A DNA stretch of 64,000 nt from an uncultured Geobacter sp. (GCA_937886325.1 CALABV010000051.1:7754-71753); one strand, 5' to 3'. Numbered from the stretch's first letter, positions 53,932 through 63,011 are shown. Numbers and translations are program-made. Notes: generated from the sequence alone by a model not told the origin.

Positions 53932-54077
53932 ATGCCGAAGGGAGCGGAATGCCGGGGTTTGAACGTCGCCGATGCCGGTACGCCGGGAGAACTTCGTCGG
54001 ACCGGTTCACCCCACGGGAATGCAAGAAACCGAGGCGTACCGCGAAGGCGAAGGCGTGAAGGCATCGCGAATTCAGG
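53912..54077 (+). repeat. MITE-like repeat, copy 3 (166 nt)
   Basis: Aligns end to end with 7518-7694 (e.g. GAATGCCGGGGTTTGAACGTCGCCG, ACCGAGGCGT.CCGCGAAGGCGAAGGCGTGAAGGC). It overlaps the last 6 codons and the stop of the Wzy-like gene. Confidence 0.75.
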
Positions 54078-54098
54078 GGAGAAGGAAGCAAACACATC

Positions 54099-55238
54099 AT
54101 GGTCACATTCATTTTCTGGTCCGCACTCCTGATCGTCGCGTATACCTATGTCGGGTACACGGTTCTGATTCCGGCAATCGCCCTGTTCTTCAGGAAACCG
54201 GTAGCCTTCAGTGATTGCGAACCCCGTGTAACCTTCCTCATCACCGCCTACAACGAAGAAAAGAACATCCGCGCCAAGCTGGAACAGGTGCTTTCCCTTG
54301 ACTACCCCCATGACAGTCTGGAGGTCATGGTCGCCTCCGACGGCTCCACCGATCGGACAGACGACATCGTGCGCGAGTTCGGCGACCGCGGGGTTATCCT
54401 GAAACGGGTGGAAGGAAGGGTCGGCAAGACCGCCACCCAGAACGAGGCCGTGAAAGACGCGAGCGGCGAGGTGGTTATCTTTTCCGATGCAACCACGGTC
54501 TATGAAAAGGACGCAATCCGGAAAATTGTCCGCAACTACGCGGATCCCGAAGTGGGCGCGGTGAGCGGCCGCTACGAGTATGTCAACCCGACCGGCGCGC
54601 CGGTGGGTACAGGCACCATCCTGTTCTGGAAATACGAAAACTTCATCAAGAGCATGCAGACCCGCATCAGGACCATTACCGGCTGTTGCGGCTGCATCTA
54701 TTCGGTGCGGCGGTCCGCCTACGTGCCCCTGCCGCCCGACATCATCAGCGACCTGATCGAGCCGCTCAAGATCATCGAAACCGGCTACCGGGTGGTGTTC
54801 GAGCCCGAGGCGGTGGCCTACGAGGAAACCACGGAAAAGCCTGCCGAGGAGTTCGGCATGCGGGTGCGGGTCATCACCCGCGCCATGCGGGGTATTCTCT
54901 ATGTAAAATCGCTCCTCAACCCGTTCCGCTACCCCTTTGTCTCCTTCCAGCTCATCTCTCACAAGGTCCTGCGCTGGATGATCCCGTTCTTCCTGATTGC
55001 GCTTCTTGTCTCGAATGCGTTTCTCCTTGGCGCCTGGTTCTATAATCTCGCCTTTGCCCTGCAACTTGCATTTTATCTGGCAGCCCTTACGGGGCTTGCC
55101 TCCGACCGTTTCGGTGTGAAAATCCGCCTGTTTGCAATCCCTCTCTACTTCTGCGTGGTGAACGCCGCTTCCATGGTTGCCTTCCGGAAGACACTGAAGG
55201 GGCAGAAGATGGTGACGTGGGAGACGGTGAGAAAGTAG
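54099..55238 (+). CDS. Family-2 glycosyltransferase with C-terminal TM helices
   Basis: VTFLITAYNEE, ASDGSTDRTD, VIFSDAT (DxD-like), and 3-4 C-terminal TM helices. Confidence 0.88.
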   Translation: MVTFIFWSALLIVAYTYVGYTVLIPAIALFFRKPVAFSDCEPRVTFLITAYNEEKNIRAKLEQVLSLDYPHDSLEVMVASDGSTDRTDDIVREFGDRGVILKRVEGRVGKTATQNEAVKDASGEVVIFSDATTVYEKDAIRKIVRNYADPEVGAVSGRYEYVNPTGAPVGTGTILFWKYENFIKSMQTRIRTITGCCGCIYSVRRSAYVPLPPDIISDLIEPLKIIETGYRVVFEPEAVAYEETTEKPAEEFGMRVRVITRAMRGILYVKSLLNPFRYPFVSFQLISHKVLRWMIPFFLIALLVSNAFLLGAWFYNLAFALQLAFYLAALTGLASDRFGVKIRLFAIPLYFCVVNAASMVAFRKTLKGQKMVTWETVRK

Positions 55239-55244
55239 TAAAGG

Positions 55245-55321
55245 CAGGGTTCAAGGGGTCGAGGGTTCCAGGGGTCTAGTGAAAAGACAGAAAGAAAGGG
55301 GCGAGGATTCCGGGGTTTCAG
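55245..55321 (+). repeat. G-rich arm of the four-helix-bundle cassette
   Basis: CAGGGTTCAAGGGGTCGAGGGTTCCAGGGGTCTAG...GGGGCGAGGATTCCGGGGTTTCAG. The first ~35 nt are near-identical to 29941-29975. Confidence 0.8.
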
Positions 55322-55357
55322 TGAAGAAGGTGAAAAGCAAAGGGGCAAGGAGGGTGC

Positions 55358-55732
55358 ATGCTCAAGAATTACAAGGAACTTCAGGTATGGCAGAAAGCGT
55401 ATCAGGTTTGCCTGGAAATATACCGGCTGACAAAATCCTTTCCGCAAGATGAGCGGTATGGTTTGACATCTCAAATCCGCAGGGCCGCGGTTTCGGTCCC
55501 ATCCAATATCGCTGAAGGGTATGGCAGAAAAACGACGAACGAATACATTCAGGCGCTTTACATAGCGTACGGTTCCACATGCGAGATTGAAACCCAGGCG
55601 CTCCTTGCCGGTGATTTAAAGTACGTAGGAGTAGAAGAGTTGCAGAAACTTCTTCTGGAAATCGGCGATCTTGAGCGAATGCTGAAAGGGCTGATAAATT
55701 CATTGAAGAGTAAGGTCCAAAAAGATCCATGA
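55358..55732 (+). CDS. Four-helix-bundle protein (23S rRNA intervening-sequence protein family)
   Basis: 124 aa: MLKNYKELQVWQKAYQVCLEIYRLTKSFPQDERYGLTSQIRRAAVSVPSNIAEGYGR..Y..A.GS..E..TQ is the hallmark of this family. SD is AAGGAGGG. Confidence 0.9.
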   Translation: MLKNYKELQVWQKAYQVCLEIYRLTKSFPQDERYGLTSQIRRAAVSVPSNIAEGYGRKTTNEYIQALYIAYGSTCEIETQALLAGDLKYVGVEELQKLLLEIGDLERMLKGLINSLKSKVQKDP

Positions 55733-55768
55733 TGTGCGACCTATCACTCGGCCCCTTGGACAATGGAT

Positions 55769-55832
55769 CCCTCGACTCCTCAACCCTTCAACCCCTAGAA
55801 TCCTTGACCCCTAGAACCCATGAACCCTAGAA
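55769..55832 (+). repeat. C-rich arm of the four-helix-bundle cassette
   Basis: CCCTCGAC TCCTCAAC CCTTCAAC CCCTAGAA TCCTTGAC CCCTAGAA CCCATGAA CCCTAGAA: eight 8-nt units complementary in pattern to the G-rich arm. It contains the ATG of the next gene. Confidence 0.8.
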
Positions 55833-56668
55833 TTATCAACGGCCTCAGCTTTGATATCGAAGACTGGTTCCAGGTGGAGAACCTGAAAGGCGCCATCTCG
55901 GCGGACAGCTGGGATCGGTGCGACCTGCGGGTAGTGGAAAATACCCGGCGGATCCTTCGCATCCTTGAAAGAAGCGATACCAAGGCCACGTTCTTCATCC
56001 TCGGCTGGATTGCGGAACGATGCGCGGGGCTGGTGGAGGAAATTGCCGCGGCCGGCCACGAAATCGCAAGCCACGGCTACAGCCACGAACTCATCTACAA
56101 ACTGGATGCGTCTGCATTCGCCCGGGACCTGGGTAGGTCGAAGAGCGTCATCGAAGCAATCACCGGCCGTCCGGTGCGCGGCTACCGCGCCCCCTCCTTC
56201 TCCCTCACCCCGGAAACGGGTTGGGCGCTGGACGTCCTCCGTGAACTTGATTTTTCCTATGATTCCAGCGTATTTCCCACGTCGTTTCATGACCGCTACG
56301 GTTTCAAGGGTTCCTCGCGCTTCCCGTTCCGCCACCGGAACGGGCTGGTCGAGCTTCCCCTGTCCACGGTCAGGATCCGTCGCTTCAACCTTCCGGCAGC
56401 GGGTGGAGGGTATTTTAGGCTGTTCCCCTATATCCTCTTCCGTCACCTGGGACTGAGTATCAACCGGGAAGGCAAGCCGATGATTTTCTACCTCCACCCA
56501 TGGGAGCTGGACCCCGGTCAGCCGCGTCTGCCGATCCGGCGCGATTACCGCTTCCGTCATTACGTGAACCTGGACCGCACCGAACCGAGGCTTGAAAGGC
56601 TCCTGAAGGAATTTCCGTTCGAACCTCTCGGAGACCTTGCGGAACGGTTTTTCTCTACCGCGGGGTAA
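55820..56668 (+). CDS. Polysaccharide deacetylase of the XrtA/PEP-CTERM-locus type (NodB-like + DUF3473-like C-terminus), paralogue 3
   Basis: MNPRIINGLSFDIEDWFQVENL.., FFILGWIAE, ASHGYSH, and C-terminal ..YLHPWELDP. Confidence 0.85.
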   Translation: MNPRIINGLSFDIEDWFQVENLKGAISADSWDRCDLRVVENTRRILRILERSDTKATFFILGWIAERCAGLVEEIAAAGHEIASHGYSHELIYKLDASAFARDLGRSKSVIEAITGRPVRGYRAPSFSLTPETGWALDVLRELDFSYDSSVFPTSFHDRYGFKGSSRFPFRHRNGLVELPLSTVRIRRFNLPAAGGGYFRLFPYILFRHLGLSINREGKPMIFYLHPWELDPGQPRLPIRRDYRFRHYVNLDRTEPRLERLLKEFPFEPLGDLAERFFSTAG

Positions 56669-56697
56669 AGAGGCGAAGACACGTTTTCGTTACGGAT

Positions 56698-57846
56698 ATG
56701 GAAAAACACTATAGGATAGATGAAACAATCTTGCGGCTGCTCATGTGGTTCGGGGCGATTCTGATCCTCCATGCGCTCTTCGGATGCGCTTCCCCGCGCA
56801 GTGCCGCCGGGCCCGAGGATGAGCAGTACGGGAAATATCTGCGGCTGGTTCGCGCCCAGTTCAAGGAGGATCCGCTGATCGGCATCTGGCAGGGGAGCAA
56901 GGGAGGCCGTCCGGTGCTTCTGGCCGTGGTTCTGAATGACGAAGGCGGCTCGGAAAAGCTGAAGGCGGTGATCATCAACGGCGATGAATATGCCTTCGGC
57001 TACAGCAACGGGGACCCGTGGTTGTACGTTTCGCCCCTGGCGCAGAGGGGCGTGTATGCGGGCAAGGTTTCCCACAAGCCGCTGCTGTGGACCGAATGGT
57101 ATCCGACGAAAGTGTCGCTCAACAACTACAACCAGTTCACGGAGTACGACGATTTCCCCGCCAATGTCAAGGCGGTCGGCGGCAAAGTCACCACCTACCT
57201 GCGCAAGGAGCCGCGCATCGTCGCCATCGACACGCTCCTCCGGGCCGGGGGGAGCGGTTTTCTCCTGTGGAATTCCGCGTATATTGTGACGGCGAATCAC
57301 GTGCTCGGGAAGGCCGCGAAGGTGTCAGCGCGCTTTCCCGACGGAACCGTGTACCCGGCGGAGCCGGTGGCGAGAGATGCGCGTCTGGACCTGGCAGTCC
57401 TGAAGCTTGAAGGGTTTACCGCTTCCGGGGAGAGGGGACTGCGCATCCAGAGATCGCCCGCGGTCGCGGCCGGCGAGACCGTGCATGCCATCGGCTATCC
57501 GCTCGGCGCGGCCCTGAGCAAGGACCCGAGCATCGTGTCCGGCCAGGTGAGCGCCACGTCCGGTCTCCACGACGCGGCCCATCAGTTCAGGTTGACAGCG
57601 CCCATCAACCCCGGCAACAGCGGGGGACCGATCCTCAATACGCACGGCGCCGTGGTCGGTGTGGCCCTGGCGGTCATCCGTCAGCCGAAGATTGAAGGCG
57701 TTGCCTTCGGCATCAAGATCGGATCGTATCTGCCGATGCTGGAGAAACTCCCCTACACCTTCCCGGACGTTTCCGATCAGGAGATGGGGGCGGAAGAGGT
57801 CTTCCGGGCCTGTTCCCGCGATGTGGTTTTTCTTTTCGGAAAATAG
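56698..57846 (+). CDS. Lipoprotein with C-terminal trypsin-like (S1C) serine protease domain
   Basis: Lipobox LHALFGC. Triad contexts TANHVL, DLAVLKL, GNSGGPIL. The N-terminal ~190 aa match no family I recognise. Confidence 0.8.
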   Translation: MEKHYRIDETILRLLMWFGAILILHALFGCASPRSAAGPEDEQYGKYLRLVRAQFKEDPLIGIWQGSKGGRPVLLAVVLNDEGGSEKLKAVIINGDEYAFGYSNGDPWLYVSPLAQRGVYAGKVSHKPLLWTEWYPTKVSLNNYNQFTEYDDFPANVKAVGGKVTTYLRKEPRIVAIDTLLRAGGSGFLLWNSAYIVTANHVLGKAAKVSARFPDGTVYPAEPVARDARLDLAVLKLEGFTASGERGLRIQRSPAVAAGETVHAIGYPLGAALSKDPSIVSGQVSATSGLHDAAHQFRLTAPINPGNSGGPILNTHGAVVGVALAVIRQPKIEGVAFGIKIGSYLPMLEKLPYTFPDVSDQEMGAEEVFRACSRDVVFLFGK

Positions 57847-57884
57847 CGACCTGAAAAGCAAGGCTCTTCAATTCGATGACCATT

Positions 57885-58070
57885 TAGAGCTTGTTCGTAA
57901 ATAACGTTACGAGAGATCGCGCCCGGATTTATGACAGACTTGGCCGGGCTGATTGAGCAAAACCGCAAACGTAGCAGGGCTACGTCGAGGATTTTGTGAT
58001 TGAGGCACGGTCAAAGATGGCGTGAAGACGGGATGCGACCCTGGAATGTTTATTTACGAACAAACTCTTA
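57885..58070. repeat. Inverted-repeat-flanked non-coding element (~186 nt)
   Basis: Left arm TTAGAGCTTGTTCGTAAATAAC and right arm GTTTATTTACGAACAAACTCTTA (14-nt perfect core TTGTTCGTAAATAA, ~19/21 overall) flank ~136 nt holding two small hairpins (GCCCGG..CCGGGC and CGTAGC..GCTACG). Confidence 0.6.
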
Positions 58071-58114
58071 GTCAAAGTGCGCATTACCATTGCCTGCAGG
58101 GGAAAAGATACGAC

Positions 58115-59143
58115 ATGAATTTTCTTAAGCGGATGTTTTTCTTCCTGTTGTGGCTACTGCAGGTTCACCACTTCTGCAGATATGTACATCGCCGTAAAGT
58201 AGTTGTTCTCGCATACCATGGAGTTGTAGATGATGACGACGGTGGTCTCTGGACGTTGCTTCCCGCACGCCGTTTCAGGGAACAGATAGAATATTTGAAC
58301 AAATATTATTCGGTGATCTCTATCGACATGCTTGCCGATTTTGTTGAGGGAAAGGCCACGATTCCCGACAACAGTGTTGTCATAACATTTGATGACGGTT
58401 ATCGGAACAACCATGATATTGCATTCCCGGTTCTGCTTGAATACAAAACCCCTGCAACGATTTTTGTGACCAGCGGGATTATAGACAGACAGGAACTGTC
58501 GTGGTTCGATGAGATAGCAGTTTCTTTGGAAACCTACAAAGGGAAGCTTGAATTGCCGCCACTGGAAATGGCGGTATCAGTAACCGACACCAATCGGCAG
58601 ATTGTCACCGAAATGCTTATCCAGAGGACGAAAAGACTTTGTCCGGACCTTCGTTCCACAGTTCTTTCGGTTGTAAGAGATTTGCCCGCCAGCGGGGAAG
58701 CAAAAAGGCATCGCATGAAGGAGAATCTGATGCCATTGAACTGGAACCAGGTACGAACGTTGAACGCCTCCCCGCTTATTACCATTGGAGCTCATACATC
58801 CGATCACACGATCCTCACCACATGCTCCCTTGAATACGCACGCGAGCAGATTCTAGAATCTAAACGCAGCATCGAACGGAATATCAATGAGCATGTCGAC
58901 TATTTCGCCTATCCGAACGGAACTCATCGGGACTTCGACGAGGATATACAAAACTGCCTGAAGGGGCATGATTTCAGGCTTGCATGCACGACAATCAAGA
59001 AATTCGTTGACAAGGGGACTAATCCTCTTGAGGTTGGCAGGTTCTGTGTGGGAAACGACCTGACGTCCTGGCTTCCCTATTTCAGTTTGAATTTGTCAGG
59101 ATTCAGCAGAATGCCTAGTTGTAGAAAACGTGTTGCGGTCTGA
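58115..59143 (+). CDS. Polysaccharide deacetylase (NodB domain), paralogue 4
   Basis: Start MNFLKRMFFFLLWLL (TM anchor). Contains VLAYHGV, VITFDDGYRNN and GAHTSDHTIL. Confidence 0.82.
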   Translation: MNFLKRMFFFLLWLLQVHHFCRYVHRRKVVVLAYHGVVDDDDGGLWTLLPARRFREQIEYLNKYYSVISIDMLADFVEGKATIPDNSVVITFDDGYRNNHDIAFPVLLEYKTPATIFVTSGIIDRQELSWFDEIAVSLETYKGKLELPPLEMAVSVTDTNRQIVTEMLIQRTKRLCPDLRSTVLSVVRDLPASGEAKRHRMKENLMPLNWNQVRTLNASPLITIGAHTSDHTILTTCSLEYAREQILESKRSIERNINEHVDYFAYPNGTHRDFDEDIQNCLKGHDFRLACTTIKKFVDKGTNPLEVGRFCVGNDLTSWLPYFSLNLSGFSRMPSCRKRVAV

Positions 59144-59211
59144 AAGTGAGCCTTTTGCAGTTTCATCAGGTCCGGAGATCATTGGACAAATAATGGAAGG
59201 CGGCCCCGCTG

Positions 59212-60336
59212 ATGGGTAAAACCGGAATTCTCTATATCATTCCATTGCTTTCCGGGTACGCAGGAACGGAAAGGCATCTGCTGGCATTGACAAGCAACCT
59301 GGATCGCAGCCGGTTTACTCCCCATGTGGCTTGCTTCCGCAGCAGTACCAAAGTCATACAGGCTTTTCAGGCGGCTGGAGTTCCGTGCACCACCTTTGAA
59401 ATGACAAGGATCTACGGCATCGACGCAGTGAAAAACGCTCTGAAAATACGGCGCTATATCATGGAGAACAACATAAGGATCCTTCAGACATTTCACCCAA
59501 AGGCCGATATGTATTGCCCTCTTGTCGGGAAACTGAGTTCCGTCCCACACATTATCTCAAGTCGAAGAGATCTTGGGTATAATCGCAGTAACATAGTAGT
59601 ACAGAAATTTATCAATCGCTTCGTGGATTGGTTTATTGCACCTTCAAACAAAGTCAGAGAATTCACGATGCGCCAGGAGAAGGTGCCTGAATCTATGTTT
59701 CGCATCATTTATAATGGAGTGGATACAGATCATTACAAACCGTTGGAAAACAAGAAGGATATGAGGTTGAAGTTGGGTCTGCCTGAGAAAGGCACTATCG
59801 TAGTCATTGTCTCCAATCTTTACAAGATCAAGGGTGTTGATTTCTTCATTAGAGCGGCACGCTCTGTGGCTGAAGTTATCTCCAATACTTTTTTCGTCAT
59901 CATCGGAGATGGCAGGGAGAAGCAGAATCTACTCGACTTGACTGCAGAACTTGGTATGGGAGATAGAATCATTTTTACCGGTAACATTGCAAACGTGGTC
60001 GAATACCTCGGATCTGCTGATCTGTATGTTTGCTCCTCCCTTTCAGAAGGATTTTCTAACAGCATCCTCGAAGCCATGGCCATGGGATTGCCCGTCGTAG
60101 CTACTGACGTAGGCGGAAATCCTGAGGCCGTTACTGACGGTGTGACGGGATTTCTCGTGGAAAAGGGGCATGTTACGGATATTGCTGAAAAAATCATCTC
60201 CATTCTCCGGGACCCGGAACTCGGGCTCTCTTTAGGAAGGTGCGGCAGAAGAGTTACGGAAGAAAAATACAGCCTCAAGAAAATGATCCGTGAATATGAG
60301 GGACTTTATGCGGAACTGATTCATGGATCCAGATAG
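59212..60336 (+). CDS. Family-4 (GT-B) glycosyltransferase
   Basis: C-terminal EGFSNSILEAMAMGLPVVATDVGGNPEAV..G.L motif. 374 aa. Confidence 0.88.
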   Translation: MGKTGILYIIPLLSGYAGTERHLLALTSNLDRSRFTPHVACFRSSTKVIQAFQAAGVPCTTFEMTRIYGIDAVKNALKIRRYIMENNIRILQTFHPKADMYCPLVGKLSSVPHIISSRRDLGYNRSNIVVQKFINRFVDWFIAPSNKVREFTMRQEKVPESMFRIIYNGVDTDHYKPLENKKDMRLKLGLPEKGTIVVIVSNLYKIKGVDFFIRAARSVAEVISNTFFVIIGDGREKQNLLDLTAELGMGDRIIFTGNIANVVEYLGSADLYVCSSLSEGFSNSILEAMAMGLPVVATDVGGNPEAVTDGVTGFLVEKGHVTDIAEKIISILRDPELGLSLGRCGRRVTEEKYSLKKMIREYEGLYAELIHGSR

Positions 60337-60339
60337 GAC

Positions 60340-61902
60340 GTGGCGATGACTGTAAAGGATCTTTCAGCGTATGTGGAACAGGCTCACAAAATGTGCGGAA
60401 AAAGGGCCAAGTCCACCATTCTCGACATGCTGGAAAAATCGAGGATATCCATACCTGACGTCCAGGTTTTTTTTGAAAGACCAGAGCAGAACATGGGACC
60501 CTTCAACAGCCTTCCGCTTTCAATGAGGAATTCTTTCCGGGAATCAGCTCTTTTCCATCTACAGGAACAATACTGTCTGACGTCTCGTATTCTTGCCTGG
60601 CTATCGTACGGACCAATGTTCATATTCGGCGTCACGCTCGTGCGATGTGGAAAATATCTGAGGAACATTTACGGATGGAATCGATCGCGGCACATCATGT
60701 GTCTGACCGGCAAGTTCATTAGCTTTTCCGGGAAATGCCTTATTCGCGGTATGCAATACACTGCTGAAGCGATACTGCATACATTACGCTTTACCAGACT
60801 CTATGCCATGCCGCCACTGTTTGCTCTGTGGCGGTTTGCCGATGTTGATGCTGACAGACTGCTTTATCATTACATTACCGGGATCCCCAGCGATCCGAGG
60901 ATTACCCCCGTTTTCAAGACAACGTCTTCTCATGTTGAGGGGTGCGGATTGATAGGTATCGATTTGCTCCCCTCAGACGGTAAACTGTATTTCCTGGAAA
61001 GCAACTGGAACCCAGCCCTGCGAGATATACGATTGGACTTGTACCCCGATGGAGACCCGGTCTGCGGTCACCTTTTGGATTATGCGGCACAACGCAGTTT
61101 CCGGAAGATAATCTTCCACCCCTACAATTTCCTCATGTGTTTCGAAGAGCGGTCCGAACGTGCATGGCATAAGCTTGCGAAAGAGCGGGGTATTGCACTT
61201 GAGATAATTGATGATCCCTTGTTCAGTTCCCCTTTCCCGCGTAAGAGCCATTTCTTCGTCGACCCGGTGGGATATGAAGATACTCTTTTTGTAACAGGCA
61301 GATATTTCAAGTCAAATCCCCTCACGAGACTGGTAGCGCAAAAAGGGTTCCTTGAGGAAATCATACGGGAAAAAAAAGATTCCAGTGATACCGGAAATGC
61401 CGTGTCCGTACCGAAATCAGTCGTCTCTGATGCCGATATCCCTGCCGTTTCGGATGAATCTCTCTATCCAAACCTGATAGTAAAAGATGTATGTACCGAT
61501 TGTGCGAAAGGAATCAGACTTTTCAAGACCAGGGAACTACCCCCTGGCGTAAACACTTGGCCTTTCAAGGCATACGAGTATGTAAGAACCGATACCGTTC
61601 GATGCGGACAGAATGATACCGGTGACGAGCATGTCAGGATCTTCAGGTCTCACCTTCTCATCACCCCTCTTGGTCCAGTGTATCTGGGCGCGCACGCCGT
61701 TGTAGCACGGACATCGATTCCGAAGACTCTCGAATACGGCGAAGTGGAAGACATATCTCCCTATATTGCGAATTTCTCCGCGGGTGCACGTTATGAAAGG
61801 GTTTCCAAAGACGAAGATAACGCTTGCAGAAGCACTACCATTGCAATTGGCCGGATAGTTGACGGATTTCTTAGAACAAAGATGAATATCGAATGCACAT
61901 GA
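60340..61902 (+). CDS. Hypothetical 520-aa protein with possible degenerate ATP-grasp-like segments
   Basis: No family recognised. GLIGIDLLPSDGKLYFLESNWNPAL resembles the E-x-N metal-binding strand of ATP-grasp enzymes. Start is GTG 60340 or ATG 60346. Confidence 0.55.
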   Translation: MAMTVKDLSAYVEQAHKMCGKRAKSTILDMLEKSRISIPDVQVFFERPEQNMGPFNSLPLSMRNSFRESALFHLQEQYCLTSRILAWLSYGPMFIFGVTLVRCGKYLRNIYGWNRSRHIMCLTGKFISFSGKCLIRGMQYTAEAILHTLRFTRLYAMPPLFALWRFADVDADRLLYHYITGIPSDPRITPVFKTTSSHVEGCGLIGIDLLPSDGKLYFLESNWNPALRDIRLDLYPDGDPVCGHLLDYAAQRSFRKIIFHPYNFLMCFEERSERAWHKLAKERGIALEIIDDPLFSSPFPRKSHFFVDPVGYEDTLFVTGRYFKSNPLTRLVAQKGFLEEIIREKKDSSDTGNAVSVPKSVVSDADIPAVSDESLYPNLIVKDVCTDCAKGIRLFKTRELPPGVNTWPFKAYEYVRTDTVRCGQNDTGDEHVRIFRSHLLITPLGPVYLGAHAVVARTSIPKTLEYGEVEDISPYIANFSAGARYERVSKDEDNACRSTTIAIGRIVDGFLRTKMNIECT

Positions 61903-61907
61903 ACTGA

Positions 61908-63011
61908 ATGTGGGAGTGCGGAATGATCTTCTCTTCTCTGATTAACAAGCTTTTGCTCAGAGCCAGAAAAATAGGGAAAAATGAGATAAATGTGTATTCT
62001 CTTGAGAATTCCTTCTACGCATTTGAAGCGAAGAAGATGGGAATGCGTTCACAACTGCTGGCAGGGGATATCCTGCAGGTGCAAAACGGTTGCCAGTCAT
62101 TCAATATCTGGCATTGCGGTACTGATTTTGACGGCTGGGGCTCTCTCAAACTGGCCGGCGACAAGTCGCATTGCTATGCACGGTTGAGACAAGAAGGCAT
62201 CCCCATCCCCACCCATGCCGTCCTCAAGTCGGGTGATTACCATGGAGTAATGAAATTCAGGCAATCAATCAACAACTCCCCCGTCGTCATCAAGCCGGCA
62301 AGAGAGACCGGCGACGGCGACGGTGTGTGCATCAAGCCCGAAGGCCACCTCGAGACACTGTTCGCAGTGTTTTTTGCAGGGTCATTCGGCAGACAGATTA
62401 TTGTGGAAGAATTCCGCGAAGGAGAGAACTACCGCCTTCTCTATTGCAGGGGAAAGTTCCTCGCCGCCAGTTCCCGAAATCCCGCGACCGTCGAGGGAGA
62501 TGGAGTGCATACGATTCGCCGGCTGATTGAAAGAATGAACCAGGGGAGACGGAAAGTCGGTGACATTGTTGCCTATTGTCCGGAAACTCGACCGATATTG
62601 TACAAGGTTCCCCTTACAAGGGAAACCGCGAGGTCTTTGGCGAAACAGCGTTATTCCCTTGATTCGATTCCTCCGCGTGGCACCATTGTTCGCCTGCAGG
62701 ATATCTGTCACTGGTTGCGCGGCGGGCACTACCGTGATGTCAGCGATGTCATTTCTCCCGAAATCATCGAAATGGGAAGGAGAGCAGCTCATGCCGTCGG
62801 CATTCATTTGGCCGGAGTGGATGTGATTGCGGAGAGCATTACGCATCCCTTCAGTAATCGCTTTGTCATCAACGAAGTCAACACCACGCCCGGTATTCTT
62901 ATTCATTATGAAATTATAAACCCGTCATGCAGACGACCGGTCGCGAAAAAACTGCTGGAAAGCTTCATGTACGGATCCGACTACTCCGCAGGCGGAGGGT
63001 TCCAGTCATGA
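61908..63011 (+). CDS. ATP-grasp ligase resembling the N-terminal domain of cyanophycin synthetase / RimK-type ligases
   Basis: VVIKPARETGDGDGV, IVEEFREGENYRLLYCRGKFLAASSR, VEGDGVHTIRRLIERMN, GVDVIAE...FVINEVNTTPGILIH. An internal ATG at 61923 has the better SD. Confidence 0.75.
   Translation: MWECGMIFSSLINKLLLRARKIGKNEINVYSLENSFYAFEAKKMGMRSQLLAGDILQVQNGCQSFNIWHCGTDFDGWGSLKLAGDKSHCYARLRQEGIPIPTHAVLKSGDYHGVMKFRQSINNSPVVIKPARETGDGDGVCIKPEGHLETLFAVFFAGSFGRQIIVEEFREGENYRLLYCRGKFLAASSRNPATVEGDGVHTIRRLIERMNQGRRKVGDIVAYCPETRPILYKVPLTRETARSLAKQRYSLDSIPPRGTIVRLQDICHWLRGGHYRDVSDVISPEIIEMGRRAAHAVGIHLAGVDVIAESITHPFSNRFVINEVNTTPGILIHYEIINPSCRRPVAKKLLESFMYGSDYSAGGGFQS

Noticed and set aside
53874-55064. 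396-aa minus-strand ORF overlapping the GT2 gene.
   Set aside because: The sense strand encodes an unmistakable GT2 (YNEE, DGSTD). The antisense ORF's N-terminus is made of MITE sequence (PSRLRLRGTPRF also appears in two other spurious ORFs).
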